Below, piece by piece: positions 18,571-29,176 of a stretch of 64,000 nucleotides of DNA. The notes below the pieces were generated by a model that saw only the letters and a program-made list of their open reading frames with translations, had not been told where the DNA came from and ran no database searches. Each line of letters starts with the position of its first letter. Position 1 is the first letter of the stretch. The translations under genes and the position numbers were made by a program. Source of the stretch: Candidatus Poseidoniaceae archaeon (lineage in GTDB: Archaea; Thermoplasmatota; Poseidoniia; Poseidoniales; Poseidoniaceae); the NCBI GenBank assembly GCA_965662895.1, contig CBFIJH010000002.1:1-64000 (forward strand). Direction: 5' to 3'.

Positions 18571-19026
18571 TTAGAGGGGCAATTCCGAAGGTTCGGTACG
18601 GTGAGAATAGCGCTCAACTGAACCATCTTCACGAACAATGAATTTGTTAAAGTTCCATTTGATGGATTCTCGTCCTTCATGATCTGGAACCTTGCACAAC
18701 TCGGCAAACAGTGGATGGCGGTTGTCCCCATTGACCTCAATCTTGGCCATCATCGGGAAGGTCACACCGTATTCTGTTTCACAAAAGGTTGCAATCTCTT
18801 CGTGCGTACCTGGCTCTTGTGCCCCGAACTGATTGCACGGAAATCCAACAACAACCAAGCCTTCAGATTGCTTTGCTTCATACAGTGTTTGCATACCTTC
18901 GTATTGTCGTGTAAATCCACACGCACTGGCGACGTTAACGATGAGATATGTACTTCCGCCAAGTTGACGGAGAGTTGTTTTGGTTCCATTGATGGTCTCG
19001 ATTTCAATATCACGTAGGTCGGTCAT
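18571..19026 (-). CDS. Glutathione peroxidase (Cys type)
   Basis: VNVASACGFT, GFPCNQFGAQEPG and IKWNFNKF. Confidence 0.95.
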   Translation of the reverse strand: MTDLRDIEIETINGTKTTLRQLGGSTYLIVNVASACGFTRQYEGMQTLYEAKQSEGLVVVGFPCNQFGAQEPGTHEEIATFCETEYGVTFPMMAKIEVNGDNRHPLFAELCKVPDHEGRESIKWNFNKFIVREDGSVERYSHRTEPSELPL

Positions 19027-19180
19027 ACCCCTCAAGATTGGCTTTCTCTTCATGAAGGTGTGGTTGCAATATTGATACATTCAATGCAGTAAAAATATAC
19101 TTTTTGAACCCTGATTGCTCGCCGGAAAAATTGCAAAGGGTGAGGCAAATGCTCTTGAGGTGCGTGCGTGTGGTTGAATC

Positions 19181-19663
19181 ATGCACGTACTCATGGAGAC
19201 ATCAGCAGGGAATATTACCATCGAACTTTTTCACGGAAGCGCCCCAGATACTGTGGCAAATTTTGTCAAACTCGTCAATGACGGGTTCTACGACGGGCTT
19301 CATTTCCATCGTGTCATTGAAGATTTCATGATTCAAGGCGGATGTCCGCACTCAAAAGATCCAATGTCACGCCGCGCTGGAACGGGTGGGCCTGGATGGA
19401 AGATTCCTTGTGAGCCATCCGCTCTAGCACTGAAACACGACAAGCCAGGAGTTCTCTCGATGGCAAATGCTGGCCGCAATACTGGTGGCTCTCAATTTTT
19501 CTTGACGACAGTAGCAACACCATGGCTCAACGGAAACCATGCTGTCTTCGGTCAGGTCTCGGAAGGAATGGATGTTGTTCAGGCAATTGAAGGATGCCAG
19601 AAACTCCCCGGTGACCGTCCTGCACAACCTCAGCAAATCATCCGTTGCTCCGTTGTAGAGTGA
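19181..19663 (+). CDS. Cyclophilin-type peptidyl-prolyl isomerase
   Basis: [29 protein letters not shown] and [10 protein letters not shown]. Confidence 0.96.
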   Translation: MHVLMETSAGNITIELFHGSAPDTVANFVKLVNDGFYDGLHFHRVIEDFMIQGGCPHSKDPMSRRAGTGGPGWKIPCEPSALALKHDKPGVLSMANAGRNTGGSQFFLTTVATPWLNGNHAVFGQVSEGMDVVQAIEGCQKLPGDRPAQPQQIIRCSVVE

Positions 19664-19668
19664 ACGCA

Positions 19669-20631
19669 ATGACCGTTCTCGCCATTCATGGTGGGGCTGG
19701 AGGCGATGGTGAATGGCGAGGTTTGACCTCGCTTGACCCAGAACGAATTCGTTGCATGCATCACGTTCTCAATTCGATTGGCAATGCGCTTGAGTCGGGT
19801 TCAATCGACGCATTGGAAGCGGTCACACGGGCCGTCGAGTTGATGGAAGACGAGCCGTTGTTCAATGCTGGAATCGGATCGGTACTCGATGAAGATGGAG
19901 GTGTTACAATGGATGCCTCAATCATGAATGGAGCCGATGGAACTGCAGGCTCTGTGATTAATGTACGGCACATCCGTCATCCGATTCGGGCTGCAAATTG
20001 CATTCTCAAACAAGGCTGGCCAGTGATGCTTAACAGTGAAGCAGCCGACGATTTTGCGATTCAAAACGGTGTTGAAAGCGTCGAACAATCATGGCTTATC
20101 ACCGAACTCCGAAAGAAGCAATGGAATCGCTGGAAGGAGCAAAATGCTCGTCCAGGTGCAACCGACGAAGACGACTCTGTTCTTGATCACGACATGGAGG
20201 GTATGGGCACGGTTGGAGCAGTTGCACTGGATACGAATGGTTGCGTGGCCGCTGCAACATCAACGGGAGGAATGACTGGTAAACCGAAAGGGCGTATTGG
20301 TGACACACCAATCATTGGCGCTGGAACCTGGGCTGACCCGAACATTGCCGTTTCGTGCACGGGTGTCGGAGAAGCCTTCATCCGAATATGCGCTGCGCAT
20401 CGCCTTGCCACAAAATACGATGCTGGATTGGGTCTTAATGAGGCATGTCAAGATATCTTGGCTGCCGTTGAACCAATCGGTGGTCGCGGTGGAGTCATCG
20501 CTGTCACAGCAGATGGAGATGTTGCAACGCCCTTCCAGACCATGCTCATGTATCGAGGGGTTTGGAAGGACGGTGAAATCACCGTTGGAATCGGCCCGGA
20601 TGATGTTGATTTGGATTCGATGGATTCATAA
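19669..20631 (+). CDS. Isoaspartyl peptidase / L-asparaginase (Ntn hydrolase)
   Basis: LAIHGGAG, FNAGIGS, GTVGAVA (Thr nucleophile), TSTGG and GRIGDTPIIGAG. Confidence 0.94.
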   Translation: MTVLAIHGGAGGDGEWRGLTSLDPERIRCMHHVLNSIGNALESGSIDALEAVTRAVELMEDEPLFNAGIGSVLDEDGGVTMDASIMNGADGTAGSVINVRHIRHPIRAANCILKQGWPVMLNSEAADDFAIQNGVESVEQSWLITELRKKQWNRWKEQNARPGATDEDDSVLDHDMEGMGTVGAVALDTNGCVAAATSTGGMTGKPKGRIGDTPIIGAGTWADPNIAVSCTGVGEAFIRICAAHRLATKYDAGLGLNEACQDILAAVEPIGGRGGVIAVTADGDVATPFQTMLMYRGVWKDGEITVGIGPDDVDLDSMDS

Positions 20632-20654
20632 TCAATTGATGCGAGGTGCGCACC

Positions 20655-20918
20655 ATGGGAAATGAGCGAACCTTGTCAAAGGCTCGAAAAATTGCGCGCC
20701 GTCTCGCAGGTCAAATTGAGAAACTGAGCGACGCACTCGAAGATCTTGAACTGGAATTCGCCATGCTGATGAAGACCATCGACAAGATGGAGGCCAAACA
20801 AGGCCAGTCTCGTGGCACACAAATCGATGTTACTGTCAACGTTGATGAGGAAGATGAGAATGATTTCGACGTCACAAATACCTCAGCACCTACCGTTAAG
20901 GGACGACGTAAATTCTGA
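20655..20918 (+). CDS. Hypothetical coiled-coil protein
   Basis: GAGGTG RBS before MGNERT; heptad pattern; fills the gap between neighbours. Confidence 0.65.
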   Translation: MGNERTLSKARKIARRLAGQIEKLSDALEDLELEFAMLMKTIDKMEAKQGQSRGTQIDVTVNVDEEDENDFDVTNTSAPTVKGRRKF

Positions 20919-21305
20919 TTATTCGGTTGCGTTTAGCGCGCCTGACTTACGCGCTTCGATGAAGGACTGTACGCACAAATACGTGTAGATGGACCCTGTC
21001 ACGAGGAGCATCAACATCGAGGATGTTGCATAGTTGAGCCCATCGGACATCACCATGAAAAATCGTGTTCCGCCGAGGGCACAAAGCAGACCAAACGTTA
21101 CTGCGATATGCATCCACAGTTTCCGTTTCTCAGGGTTGCGGGTGGCCAGTATGCCCGAAATCAAGATTGGTGCACCAAGCATTGATGGAAAGTACGATGT
21201 GATCGAATTTGATTCGGAGAGGATTGAAACAACAATGCCCCATACAATGAGCATAGCTCCATATCCAGTTGTCAGGTTTGGCAGAAAATTGGAACGTTCT
21301 TCCAT
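20919..21305 (-). CDS. Small 4-TM membrane protein (TMEM14-like)
   Basis: Four hydrophobic helices; YG..LI..G, SITS..P, RKLWMHIAV and FIEARK. Confidence 0.75.
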   Translation of the reverse strand: MEERSNFLPNLTTGYGAMLIVWGIVVSILSESNSITSYFPSMLGAPILISGILATRNPEKRKLWMHIAVTFGLLCALGGTRFFMVMSDGLNYATSSMLMLLVTGSIYTYLCVQSFIEARKSGALNATE

Positions 21306-21398
21306 GCCCTTTCCAGGGCAAGGAGGTTTATCAGTTCAATTCATGCTTGAGAATCGTTGTTGGGTTGATTTAATAACGGCCGATTTGGGTTAATAATC

Positions 21399-22994
21399 AT
21401 GGCTAAACACAATGTCGGAGACCGTCGAATTGTCTCCGTTAGCATACCCGAAGATGTTGCACAAGAACTCGATCGCTGGACAGGTGGTGGCAAGAATAAG
21501 GGTCGCAGCGCATGGATTGTTCAGGCCATTCGAAACAGACTTGACATCAAAGGAACCTATCATCAACTCAATCGTGAGGCGCGTAAACGATCGCCTCAAT
21601 CCAATGTTGAGTTTCGTATTGAAACCGACACGATGGGTGAAATGCAAGTCCCTGGCGACAAATATTACGGCTGCCAAACCGCTCGGTCGTTGGTCAATTT
21701 CGATATTGGAGACGATCGCATGCCGCGTCCGTTGATTCGAGCGTTTGGAATTCTCAAACTCGCAGCAGCACGGACCAATCGAGATCTTGGCGTTCTCGAC
21801 CGAGAAATTGCCGATTGGATTGTTGATGCCGGTGAAGAAGTAATGCATGGCGATTTGGATGAGCATTTTCCTCTTCGCATTTGGCAAACTGGTTCAGGAA
21901 CACAAACGAACATGAATACCAACGAAGTCATTGCAAACAGGGCCATTGAGATGGCTGGAGGGGTTTTGGGAAGCAAGTCACCTGTCCATCCAAACGACCA
22001 CGTTAACAAAGGCCAATCCTCGAACGATACATTTCCAACCGCGATGCACATTGCAGCAGCTGAAGAAATCGAATACAGTTTGCTGAAATCGGTTCGAAGT
22101 TTAAAGGAAAAACTTCGCTCAAAACAGAAGGAATTCAACTCGATTGTCAAGATTGGCCGCACCCACTTGATGGATGCTACCCCGTTGACACTTGGCCAGG
22201 AATTCAGTGGATATGTTCACATGCTTGAAGCTGACCTTCGACGTATTGAATTTGCACAGAAGGATTTGTTTGAACTTGCTCTTGGAGGAACCGCAGTCGG
22301 GACTGGTTTGAATTCACATCCTGAATTTGCTCAATTGGTTGCAAAGGAAATCGCACATCGGACGCAACTTCCGTTTGTAAGTGCAGAAAATAAATTTGCA
22401 CAACTTGCTGCCCATGATGCGATTGTAGCCGCAAGTGGAGCACTCAACACGCTTGCTGCAAGTTTGATGAAAATCGCCAATGACATGCGCTGGCTTGGCT
22501 CAGGTCCACGGTGCGGTATTGGTGAATTGTCACTCCCTGCCAACGAGCCTGGAAGTTCCATCATGCCTGGAAAAGTCAACCCGACGCAATCCGAGGCGTT
22601 GACCATGGTTTGTTGTCAAGTGATGGGCAATCATACTGCTATTACCATCGGCGGTAGCCAAGGAAACTTCGAATTGAACGTCTTCAAACCGATGATGATC
22701 TACAACCTTCTGCACAGCATTCGAATTCTCAGCGATGCATGTATCGCTTTTGGAGAACGATGCATCGATGGATTGGAAGCCAACAACGAGAACATTCAGA
22801 AGCATCTTGACAACTCATTGATGCTCGTTACTGCGTTAAATAACCACATCGGGTACGACAAGGCGGCTAAGATTGCAAAGAATGCTCACGAGAATGGACT
22901 GACCTTGCGAGAAAGTGCCATAGGTCTCGGTCTGTTAACCAACGAACAGTTCGATGAATGGGTTCGACCAGAAGAAATGACGAGCCCGAAGTAA
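21399..22994 (+). CDS. fumC: Class II fumarate hydratase with an N-terminal ribbon-helix-helix extension
   Basis: [44 protein letters not shown] and [13 protein letters not shown]; about 70 extra N-terminal residues. Confidence 0.95.
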   Translation: MAKHNVGDRRIVSVSIPEDVAQELDRWTGGGKNKGRSAWIVQAIRNRLDIKGTYHQLNREARKRSPQSNVEFRIETDTMGEMQVPGDKYYGCQTARSLVNFDIGDDRMPRPLIRAFGILKLAAARTNRDLGVLDREIADWIVDAGEEVMHGDLDEHFPLRIWQTGSGTQTNMNTNEVIANRAIEMAGGVLGSKSPVHPNDHVNKGQSSNDTFPTAMHIAAAEEIEYSLLKSVRSLKEKLRSKQKEFNSIVKIGRTHLMDATPLTLGQEFSGYVHMLEADLRRIEFAQKDLFELALGGTAVGTGLNSHPEFAQLVAKEIAHRTQLPFVSAENKFAQLAAHDAIVAASGALNTLAASLMKIANDMRWLGSGPRCGIGELSLPANEPGSSIMPGKVNPTQSEALTMVCCQVMGNHTAITIGGSQGNFELNVFKPMMIYNLLHSIRILSDACIAFGERCIDGLEANNENIQKHLDNSLMLVTALNNHIGYDKAAKIAKNAHENGLTLRESAIGLGLLTNEQFDEWVRPEEMTSPK

Positions 22995-22996
22995 GC

Positions 22997-24628
22997 CTAC
23001 AACTTGGTCTGTGAAGCGAGCGATTTAGCTTCTGCAAGGATACGTGTAACGTGTTCGAAGGTTTCTCGATCGTGTTGTTTCTTTTCATCGGACCTTTTTG
23101 TAAGGGTTCGCAATGTCATAGCCAGTCGATGATTGCCAGCAAAGGCATCCTTGTGTCGTTCAAAATAAGCCCAGTACATTGGTGAAATCGGGCAGGTTTT
23201 CGCTGGATGAAATTCACAGGATGAACAAAAGTCTCCCATCTTTTTGATGTACGGCGAACCAGAAACATACGGCTTGGTCATCATTGCATCACCAAGAGCG
23301 AAGGTTCCCATTCCCAGAACATTCGGTTCAACCACCCAATCAAACGCATCGATGAACGCTGCATGGAACCAATCGGTCAATTGACGCGGTTCAATATCCA
23401 TTAGTTGAGCAAGATTGCTGAGAACCATCAATCTTGGAATATGGTGCGTCCATGCTTCATCCATGACGCTTTCGACAGCCCAATCGAGACAATCCATTCC
23501 TGATTTTTGTCCCCAATATGCCATGGGCAACGACTTGCTTTGTTTGAGATGATTGGGATGAGCTGTTTCATCCGGTTCCACCTTCATCGGCCAGCCCGCA
23601 GTCCGGTTCGGTGGCGTCGTCGTCGCAACATCGAGCCGATGGAATCCATCTGTCACTTCGTGGACATGGTGGACGTACTCTCTCCAAATCATTTGTCGCA
23701 AATAGCCTTCTTGAGAGTTTAATGGGACGCTCGCTCTGACGACCACATCGATAACCTCTTGCGGCAAAATTCGATGAATGTTCACGGAAGAAGCAAGACG
23801 AGAATGAAACAATCCTCTGCTCTCTTTGGTCATCGCATCCTCATATGGCCCAAACAACGTCAAAATCTCTGAAAGAAATTCCAACGCTTGCCGGTGATCA
23901 TCGTACGAGGTCGGTAAGTGGTTCAAACGGGCTTCACCCGGATGTTCCTCAAATCGGTGATTGACAAGTGCAATAACTTCTTCATCAATCTCATCAATGG
24001 GATACGCAGGGGCTTGAGGGGGCTGATGCTCTCCTTTCCACGGTTGGCGATTGTCTGCATCATGACTGAACTTTCCTCCAACCGGAGAGTCTCCTTCCAT
24101 GAGCCATCCTTTCTCTTTGCGAACCCTTCGATAGAACTTGTCCATACGGAACGGTGGTTCGTCACCGACTGTTTCAGTGAACCAATCTTGAGGCGTGAGC
24201 CATCCAAGATGTGGATGTTCGATAATCGATTCTTCCTCAATCAATTCGGACAATGTTGATCTTAATTCACGTTCAGCTGCTCGATGCATGTTGATTGGAC
24301 CAAATTCTTGAGCTAATGCTCGAAGAGGTTCGTCGTATTGCTCACTGGTTGAGACATACACAACTGGGATTCCTTTGCGAACAGTTTCAACTGCGAAATG
24401 ACGCATATTGGAAAGAATGTAACACAGTTTTTGTTTGTGATATGGTCTTCTCTTTGCCTGTCTTTCGCTTTCGATCAGGATGATTCCAACGGATTCCTGA
24501 CCCTGTAACAATTCAAGGTTAAGTTGATCGTAAGGCAAGTACCACCAAGAGGCTGCATCTGAAGAATGAAACGATTTCATCTGAGATGAAAATGCCCCAC
24601 TGCCGCCCTCGACTTTCAACCAGCGCAT
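22997..24628 (-). CDS. Cryptochrome/photolyase, FeS-BCP (PhrB/CryB-like) class
   Basis: YDQL, HKQKL, FRMDKFYR, GGKFSHDADNR, FGPYEDAM, HHIPRLMV and TKPYVSG; Cys set (DCL...FCSSC...TCP) suits a 4Fe-4S cluster. Start may be MKSFH. Confidence 0.9.
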   Translation of the reverse strand: MRWLKVEGGSGAFSSQMKSFHSSDAASWWYLPYDQLNLELLQGQESVGIILIESERQAKRRPYHKQKLCYILSNMRHFAVETVRKGIPVVYVSTSEQYDEPLRALAQEFGPINMHRAAERELRSTLSELIEEESIIEHPHLGWLTPQDWFTETVGDEPPFRMDKFYRRVRKEKGWLMEGDSPVGGKFSHDADNRQPWKGEHQPPQAPAYPIDEIDEEVIALVNHRFEEHPGEARLNHLPTSYDDHRQALEFLSEILTLFGPYEDAMTKESRGLFHSRLASSVNIHRILPQEVIDVVVRASVPLNSQEGYLRQMIWREYVHHVHEVTDGFHRLDVATTTPPNRTAGWPMKVEPDETAHPNHLKQSKSLPMAYWGQKSGMDCLDWAVESVMDEAWTHHIPRLMVLSNLAQLMDIEPRQLTDWFHAAFIDAFDWVVEPNVLGMGTFALGDAMMTKPYVSGSPYIKKMGDFCSSCEFHPAKTCPISPMYWAYFERHKDAFAGNHRLAMTLRTLTKRSDEKKQHDRETFEHVTRILAEAKSLASQTKL

Positions 24629-24716
24629 GGATGAAATTTGAACGACGAGGATTTAACCCCGTGTTTCATTGAAGCACTATAGATAGGTTGATGTTCAAAT
24701 GTGGTTTTGGTGAATT

Positions 24717-25454
24717 GTGGATGCAGTACTCATTGTGTTTTGCATGGTTGCAACACTCCTAGCAGCAGCGCTCACCGTACCGGCTGGATTTGGTCTTGCA
24801 ACCATGCTTACTCCAGTCATGCTTCTCTGGCTTGAGCCGCATCTCGCGATTGCAGCAGTCGCAGTAGTGCACGCTGCACACAATGGATGGAAACTTGTTC
24901 TTCTGAAAACCGATGTAGATTTTTCAGCGGTCAAACGCTATGGTTGGGCGATGGTCGTTGGTGCACTGATTGGAGCTTCTCTTAGTACAAGTATCAATCC
25001 GAAACCTCTTCTTATCGTCGTTGGTTTTGCGTTGATTGTTCTCCCCCTCCTTGCGATATCTGAACGTTGGACAAACTATCGCCTGCCTGAAGCAGAAGAC
25101 CGCTGGGGAGGATTTGGATCAGGATTTATGGGTGGTTTAACCGGCCATCAAGGCGCATTAAGAGCCATGTTCCTTCAGCGCCGATTACCAGACAAATCAG
25201 CGTACGCGGCTACGGCAGCACTTCTTGCATTGGTCGTCGACCTATCTCGCCTCCCTGTTTATCTGTACTCGGACGGAGAAGCACTTGCCGAATTCTTTCC
25301 ACTCGTTGCAGGCTCGGTCTTGTCCGCCATCGTCGGCGTTCATCTCGGAAAGCGATGGCTCAAGAAATGGAAGAAGTCACACATCAGTACAATGATTACG
25401 ATTGGAATTGTTCTCTCTGGTATCATGTACGTGTTCGAAGGATTTACGATGTAA
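24717..25454 (+). CDS. TauE/SafE family sulfite exporter-like membrane protein
   Basis: AGFG, SGFMGGLTGHQGALR and Y.AT motifs; about 8 TM helices. Confidence 0.85.
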   Translation: MDAVLIVFCMVATLLAAALTVPAGFGLATMLTPVMLLWLEPHLAIAAVAVVHAAHNGWKLVLLKTDVDFSAVKRYGWAMVVGALIGASLSTSINPKPLLIVVGFALIVLPLLAISERWTNYRLPEAEDRWGGFGSGFMGGLTGHQGALRAMFLQRRLPDKSAYAATAALLALVVDLSRLPVYLYSDGEALAEFFPLVAGSVLSAIVGVHLGKRWLKKWKKSHISTMITIGIVLSGIMYVFEGFTM

Positions 25455-26235
25455 CCGCATCGCTCAAATCGAGAATGACTGGTGCGTGATCAGATATGTC
25501 AATACCGCCTTGTCGATCGATTCGAATGGATTCTATGAATGGCATGAGTGCTTCATTTCCGAGCATGTAATCGAGTCTCCAGCCGCGATCTTTTGCTCGT
25601 GCTTGACCACGATTTGACCACCAGGAGTAAAGTTTCACACCTTCACCAACATGCTCGCGGAACAAGTCATGCCATCCATCACCGAGCAATTGTGAGAACC
25701 ATTCACGTTCCTGTGGAAGAAAACCACTCGATTTTGCGTTTCCTTTTGGATTCCAGATATCGTCTTCTGTATGAGCGATGTTCAAATCGCCAACGACCAA
25801 TACAGGCTTATCGCTTTTCAAATACGATTGGAGCCATGAACGCCATTCATCCATCCAGGCTTCCTTGAACAATTGCCGCTCATCTTTGCTGGAACCACTC
25901 GGAAGATAGGTGTTGATGCAGGTGAGATTTCCATGTTGTGTCACAAGGATTCGTCCTTCAGAATCTGAAGGATCAAGCTTGCTTTCCATTCCTCTTCGAA
26001 ATTCAACCATTTCACAACTCGAAAGTGTTGCGACACCAGAATATCCTTTCTTTTCAGCAGGATGAAGGATTGCTTGATGTGATTTGGGCCAATTCCATCC
26101 CTTCGGAAATTGTTCTTCAAGGACTCGAGTTTCTTGAAGCATCCAAATCTCTGCATCAACATCTTCGAACCAGTTGTCAATGCCTTTACGGATGGCTGCC
26201 CGTAAGCCGTTGACGTTCCATGTCACGATGCGCAT
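25444..26235 (-). CDS. xth: Exodeoxyribonuclease III / AP endonuclease
   Basis: TWNVNGLRA, LQET, GYSGVA, EGR, YLPSG, GDLNIAH, YSWWS, GWRLDY and SDHAPV. Confidence 0.96.
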   Translation of the reverse strand: MRIVTWNVNGLRAAIRKGIDNWFEDVDAEIWMLQETRVLEEQFPKGWNWPKSHQAILHPAEKKGYSGVATLSSCEMVEFRRGMESKLDPSDSEGRILVTQHGNLTCINTYLPSGSSKDERQLFKEAWMDEWRSWLQSYLKSDKPVLVVGDLNIAHTEDDIWNPKGNAKSSGFLPQEREWFSQLLGDGWHDLFREHVGEGVKLYSWWSNRGQARAKDRGWRLDYMLGNEALMPFIESIRIDRQGGIDISDHAPVILDLSDAVTS

Positions 26236-26260
26236 AGTTCACGGATTGCTCCGAGGTTTT

Positions 26261-27340
26261 TCATTGTTGAAGTGGCATCTTACTGATATGTTCTGCTGTG
26301 GTTCGAGATGCTTCAACCGCCCCGTCCGAGAGGATATGCTCGCTTTCAACCCAAGCACCGGTCAGCAATATGCCGTCTTTGCGAGCGAAACCACAAGCGA
26401 CTCGATCGCCGATTGGAGCAATTTTCACATTCTTTTGTTGACGTTCATGGAGGATGTGTGACCTCCACCCAGGAGCTCGTTGATCCATGAAGTGGTGCAA
26501 TTCAGCGAGTCGATCTTCGCCTTTCCCATCTCCAAAATGAACCGCAGACAAAAGAGCGCCAGAAGGAGCAATCCCGGGATGAATCTGTTTCATATCAAAG
26601 ATGGCCATTGAGTGTTCGATATCGAGGATGCCATGGCGCTCACCAAGCGGTAAAGCATCCAAAGCAACGTCAATCGTTGAGGCGGTTACGAACGAAACTT
26701 CAGGCAAATCAGGAACGAGTTTCTTCGCTTGACCATATCCGCAAGCAAGAATGATCACATCAGTCTCAACGTGTCGGCCATCTGCGAGGTGAGCCTTGTG
26801 TTTCTCAACCTTGACAACATTCGCTCCTGTTTCAATTGGAATACCTACCTCATCGAGTGTGACTGCGAGTCGTCCAACCAACCCAGACCATCCTTCTTTC
26901 AAGACCAACAGTTTGCTGTTGAGCAACGCTCGACTTCGTGTTTCATCTTTGAGCCCCCAAGAAGCAAAGTGTTCACTGGCCTGAATCGATGGATGTTCGA
27001 GATTGTAGGCTTTGACAGCCCTGCGATACAATGCAGCATCCATCATTGGTTTACGGGGCTGCATCATACCTTGACCGAGAATTTCGAGGCGATGCGGTCT
27101 GAGTGGTAATGCCGACGGTTTGACCTTGCTCACTTTCCGAACCAATTGATGCAATGGGCCTTTCTTCAACAGAAAATGAGGTCCATAACCTATCGGAAAA
27201 CCATCCCGTGATTCACTTGATGCTCGCCCACCAATGGTCGGCCTTTTCTCGAGGACGACCACGTGATGGCCTCGAACAGAGGCTTCCATGGCTACAGAGA
27301 GGCCTGAAAGCCCTGCACCAACAACAAGGACTCTGGCCAT
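26261..27340 (-). CDS. FAD-dependent oxidoreductase (amine oxidase/phytoene desaturase-like)
   Basis: VVGAGLSGL...EKRPTIGGRA...GPH dinucleotide-binding motif. Confidence 0.8.
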   Translation of the reverse strand: MARVLVVGAGLSGLSVAMEASVRGHHVVVLEKRPTIGGRASSESRDGFPIGYGPHFLLKKGPLHQLVRKVSKVKPSALPLRPHRLEILGQGMMQPRKPMMDAALYRRAVKAYNLEHPSIQASEHFASWGLKDETRSRALLNSKLLVLKEGWSGLVGRLAVTLDEVGIPIETGANVVKVEKHKAHLADGRHVETDVIILACGYGQAKKLVPDLPEVSFVTASTIDVALDALPLGERHGILDIEHSMAIFDMKQIHPGIAPSGALLSAVHFGDGKGEDRLAELHHFMDQRAPGWRSHILHERQQKNVKIAPIGDRVACGFARKDGILLTGAWVESEHILSDGAVEASRTTAEHISKMPLQQ

Positions 27341-27419
27341 AGATGGCCTAAACGGTCCACTTCATCAATCCCTACGCGACAACAGTTTGCTTGAAGTCCT
27401 CATAGACCTAGCATAATCC

Positions 27420-28352
27420 ATGGGCGAGCGCGCGATGTTGCCTCATGACCGTGGCCATCTCCTATGGACTTCAGAAGATGGAGCAAGCCGCATGCTTACG
27501 TCCAGTATGGACCGATGGACTACAGCGATTGTAGGAGATGATGGCATTGATGGACCCGTTATGGGGTTCGGTGAGAAGGTTACAGCACACGTAACATCGA
27601 GAGCAGATGGAACCATTGCTGGCGCTGCAGCCGTCGATTACATGTTGCAGATATGGGCTCCAAGCCTCTCAACATCATGGAAAGCTGGAGACGGTCGACG
27701 AGTCAGCGAAGGCGATGTCATCGTTGAAATCAGCGGCGATTCCGAATCAATTCTACGTATGGAGCGTTCAATCCTCAATATGCTTGGACAACTCTCAGGT
27801 ATTGCCACCAACGCAGCACACTGGGCGACCATCGCTTCACGGCAAGTAGCCGCTACTCGCAAGACGGTTTGGGGTATGCTCGACAAATGGGCTGTTCATC
27901 TTGGTGGAGGATTGACCCATCGACTCAACAAAGACGACGCGACCATGATCAAAGAAAACGATCTCGCCGTAACCGGTGAAGGTGGTATGCAATCCATCGT
28001 TCAACTTCTGTCAACGATAAACGTCGATGATTGTGGAGCGTTTCTAGAATTGGAAGTTACTAGTGAGAAGGACGCTATCGTCGCTGCATCCACTTGGAAA
28101 CAACGACAAGAAAGTGAGTCGTTACCACAACTTGTTCTCATGCTGGACAACTTTGGTCCAGAGCGAAGCAAGGAGATGGTTGGTGAACTCACCGACATGG
28201 GATTGCGTGATGCAGTCGTTCTTGAAGCAAGTGGAAACATTGTCTTCGATGACTTGGAAGCATGGCGAGAATGCGGTGTCGATGTCCTCTCAACCAGTGC
28301 CATCAATCGAGGAACTGCTCCTCTTGATATCAGCATGCTCATCGAGCAATGA
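27420..28352 (+). CDS. nadC: Nicotinate-nucleotide diphosphorylase (quinolinate phosphoribosyltransferase)
   Basis: ERSILN, SGIAT, ATRKT, GGGLTHR, IKEN, MLDNF and EASG. Confidence 0.9.
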   Translation: MGERAMLPHDRGHLLWTSEDGASRMLTSSMDRWTTAIVGDDGIDGPVMGFGEKVTAHVTSRADGTIAGAAAVDYMLQIWAPSLSTSWKAGDGRRVSEGDVIVEISGDSESILRMERSILNMLGQLSGIATNAAHWATIASRQVAATRKTVWGMLDKWAVHLGGGLTHRLNKDDATMIKENDLAVTGEGGMQSIVQLLSTINVDDCGAFLELEVTSEKDAIVAASTWKQRQESESLPQLVLMLDNFGPERSKEMVGELTDMGLRDAVVLEASGNIVFDDLEAWRECGVDVLSTSAINRGTAPLDISMLIEQ

Positions 28353-28361
28353 GGTGGAACC

Positions 28362-29120
28362 ATGGAACATGCCGCTGACCCATCCCATCCACGGTATCGT
28401 TCATTGTTGATGCGTCACCGACTTGAGGTCGCAGCCAAGAAAGGAATGCTTGCTGATTCAGCATTGATCGCCCATGGCCGAGGTGAAGCCTACGATTATC
28501 TCCTTGGTGAAACAACAATTCCGAGTGCAGATGTTGCAACAAAAATTGCACTCCATACACTCCTACAAGCCGAACATCCAGTCCTCTCAGTAAACGGGAA
28601 CGTTGTCGCTCTTGCTGGTGATGAAATGCTCAAACTTGCCGACAAGATTGGTTGTCCGCTCGAAGTCAACATCTTCTACAGGACGCCTGAACGAATGGAA
28701 GCCTTACTCACAGATTTGAACGAGAGGAAAGAGCGACTGAGCCTGAATGTGGACATCCTTGGTGCGAACCCTGATGCAACCATTCCTGGACTCAAGGGAC
28801 CTCGTGCGAAATGCGAATCGAAAGGAATCCTAGAAGCTGATGTTCTTCTCGTACCGCTCGAAGATGGGGACCGTTGTGAAGCCTTAGTCGCCATGGGCAA
28901 GACGGTGATTGTCATCGATCTCAATCCTCTCTCACGTTCGTCGCAACGCGGAAGCATCACCATCGTGGACGAATTGTCAAGATGCTTGGAAAACATGCTC
29001 AGCATGGAGACGGAAACGTTGCCATCTCTCGATTCATACGATCATATGCAAACACTACAAGGCGCACTCAACGCCATCGTTGATGGAATGAAAAACAAAT
29101 TCTCAGAAGCAAAACAATGA
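28362..29120 (+). CDS. Archaeal 4-phosphopantoate--beta-alanine ligase (phosphopantothenate synthetase)
   Basis: HPRYRSL, AHGRGEAYDYLLGE, SVNGN, VPLEDGDR and IDLNPLSR. Confidence 0.93.
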   Translation: MEHAADPSHPRYRSLLMRHRLEVAAKKGMLADSALIAHGRGEAYDYLLGETTIPSADVATKIALHTLLQAEHPVLSVNGNVVALAGDEMLKLADKIGCPLEVNIFYRTPERMEALLTDLNERKERLSLNVDILGANPDATIPGLKGPRAKCESKGILEADVLLVPLEDGDRCEALVAMGKTVIVIDLNPLSRSSQRGSITIVDELSRCLENMLSMETETLPSLDSYDHMQTLQGALNAIVDGMKNKFSEAKQ

Positions 29121-29176
29121 ATCGTTCGAGGATTTATTGGGAAGGCTTCAAAGGCCGTCATCTCTGAGAGTTCATC

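Noticed and set aside
18915-18935. Selenocysteine in the glutathione peroxidase
   Set aside because: The active-site codon is TGT (Cys), and there is no in-frame TGA.
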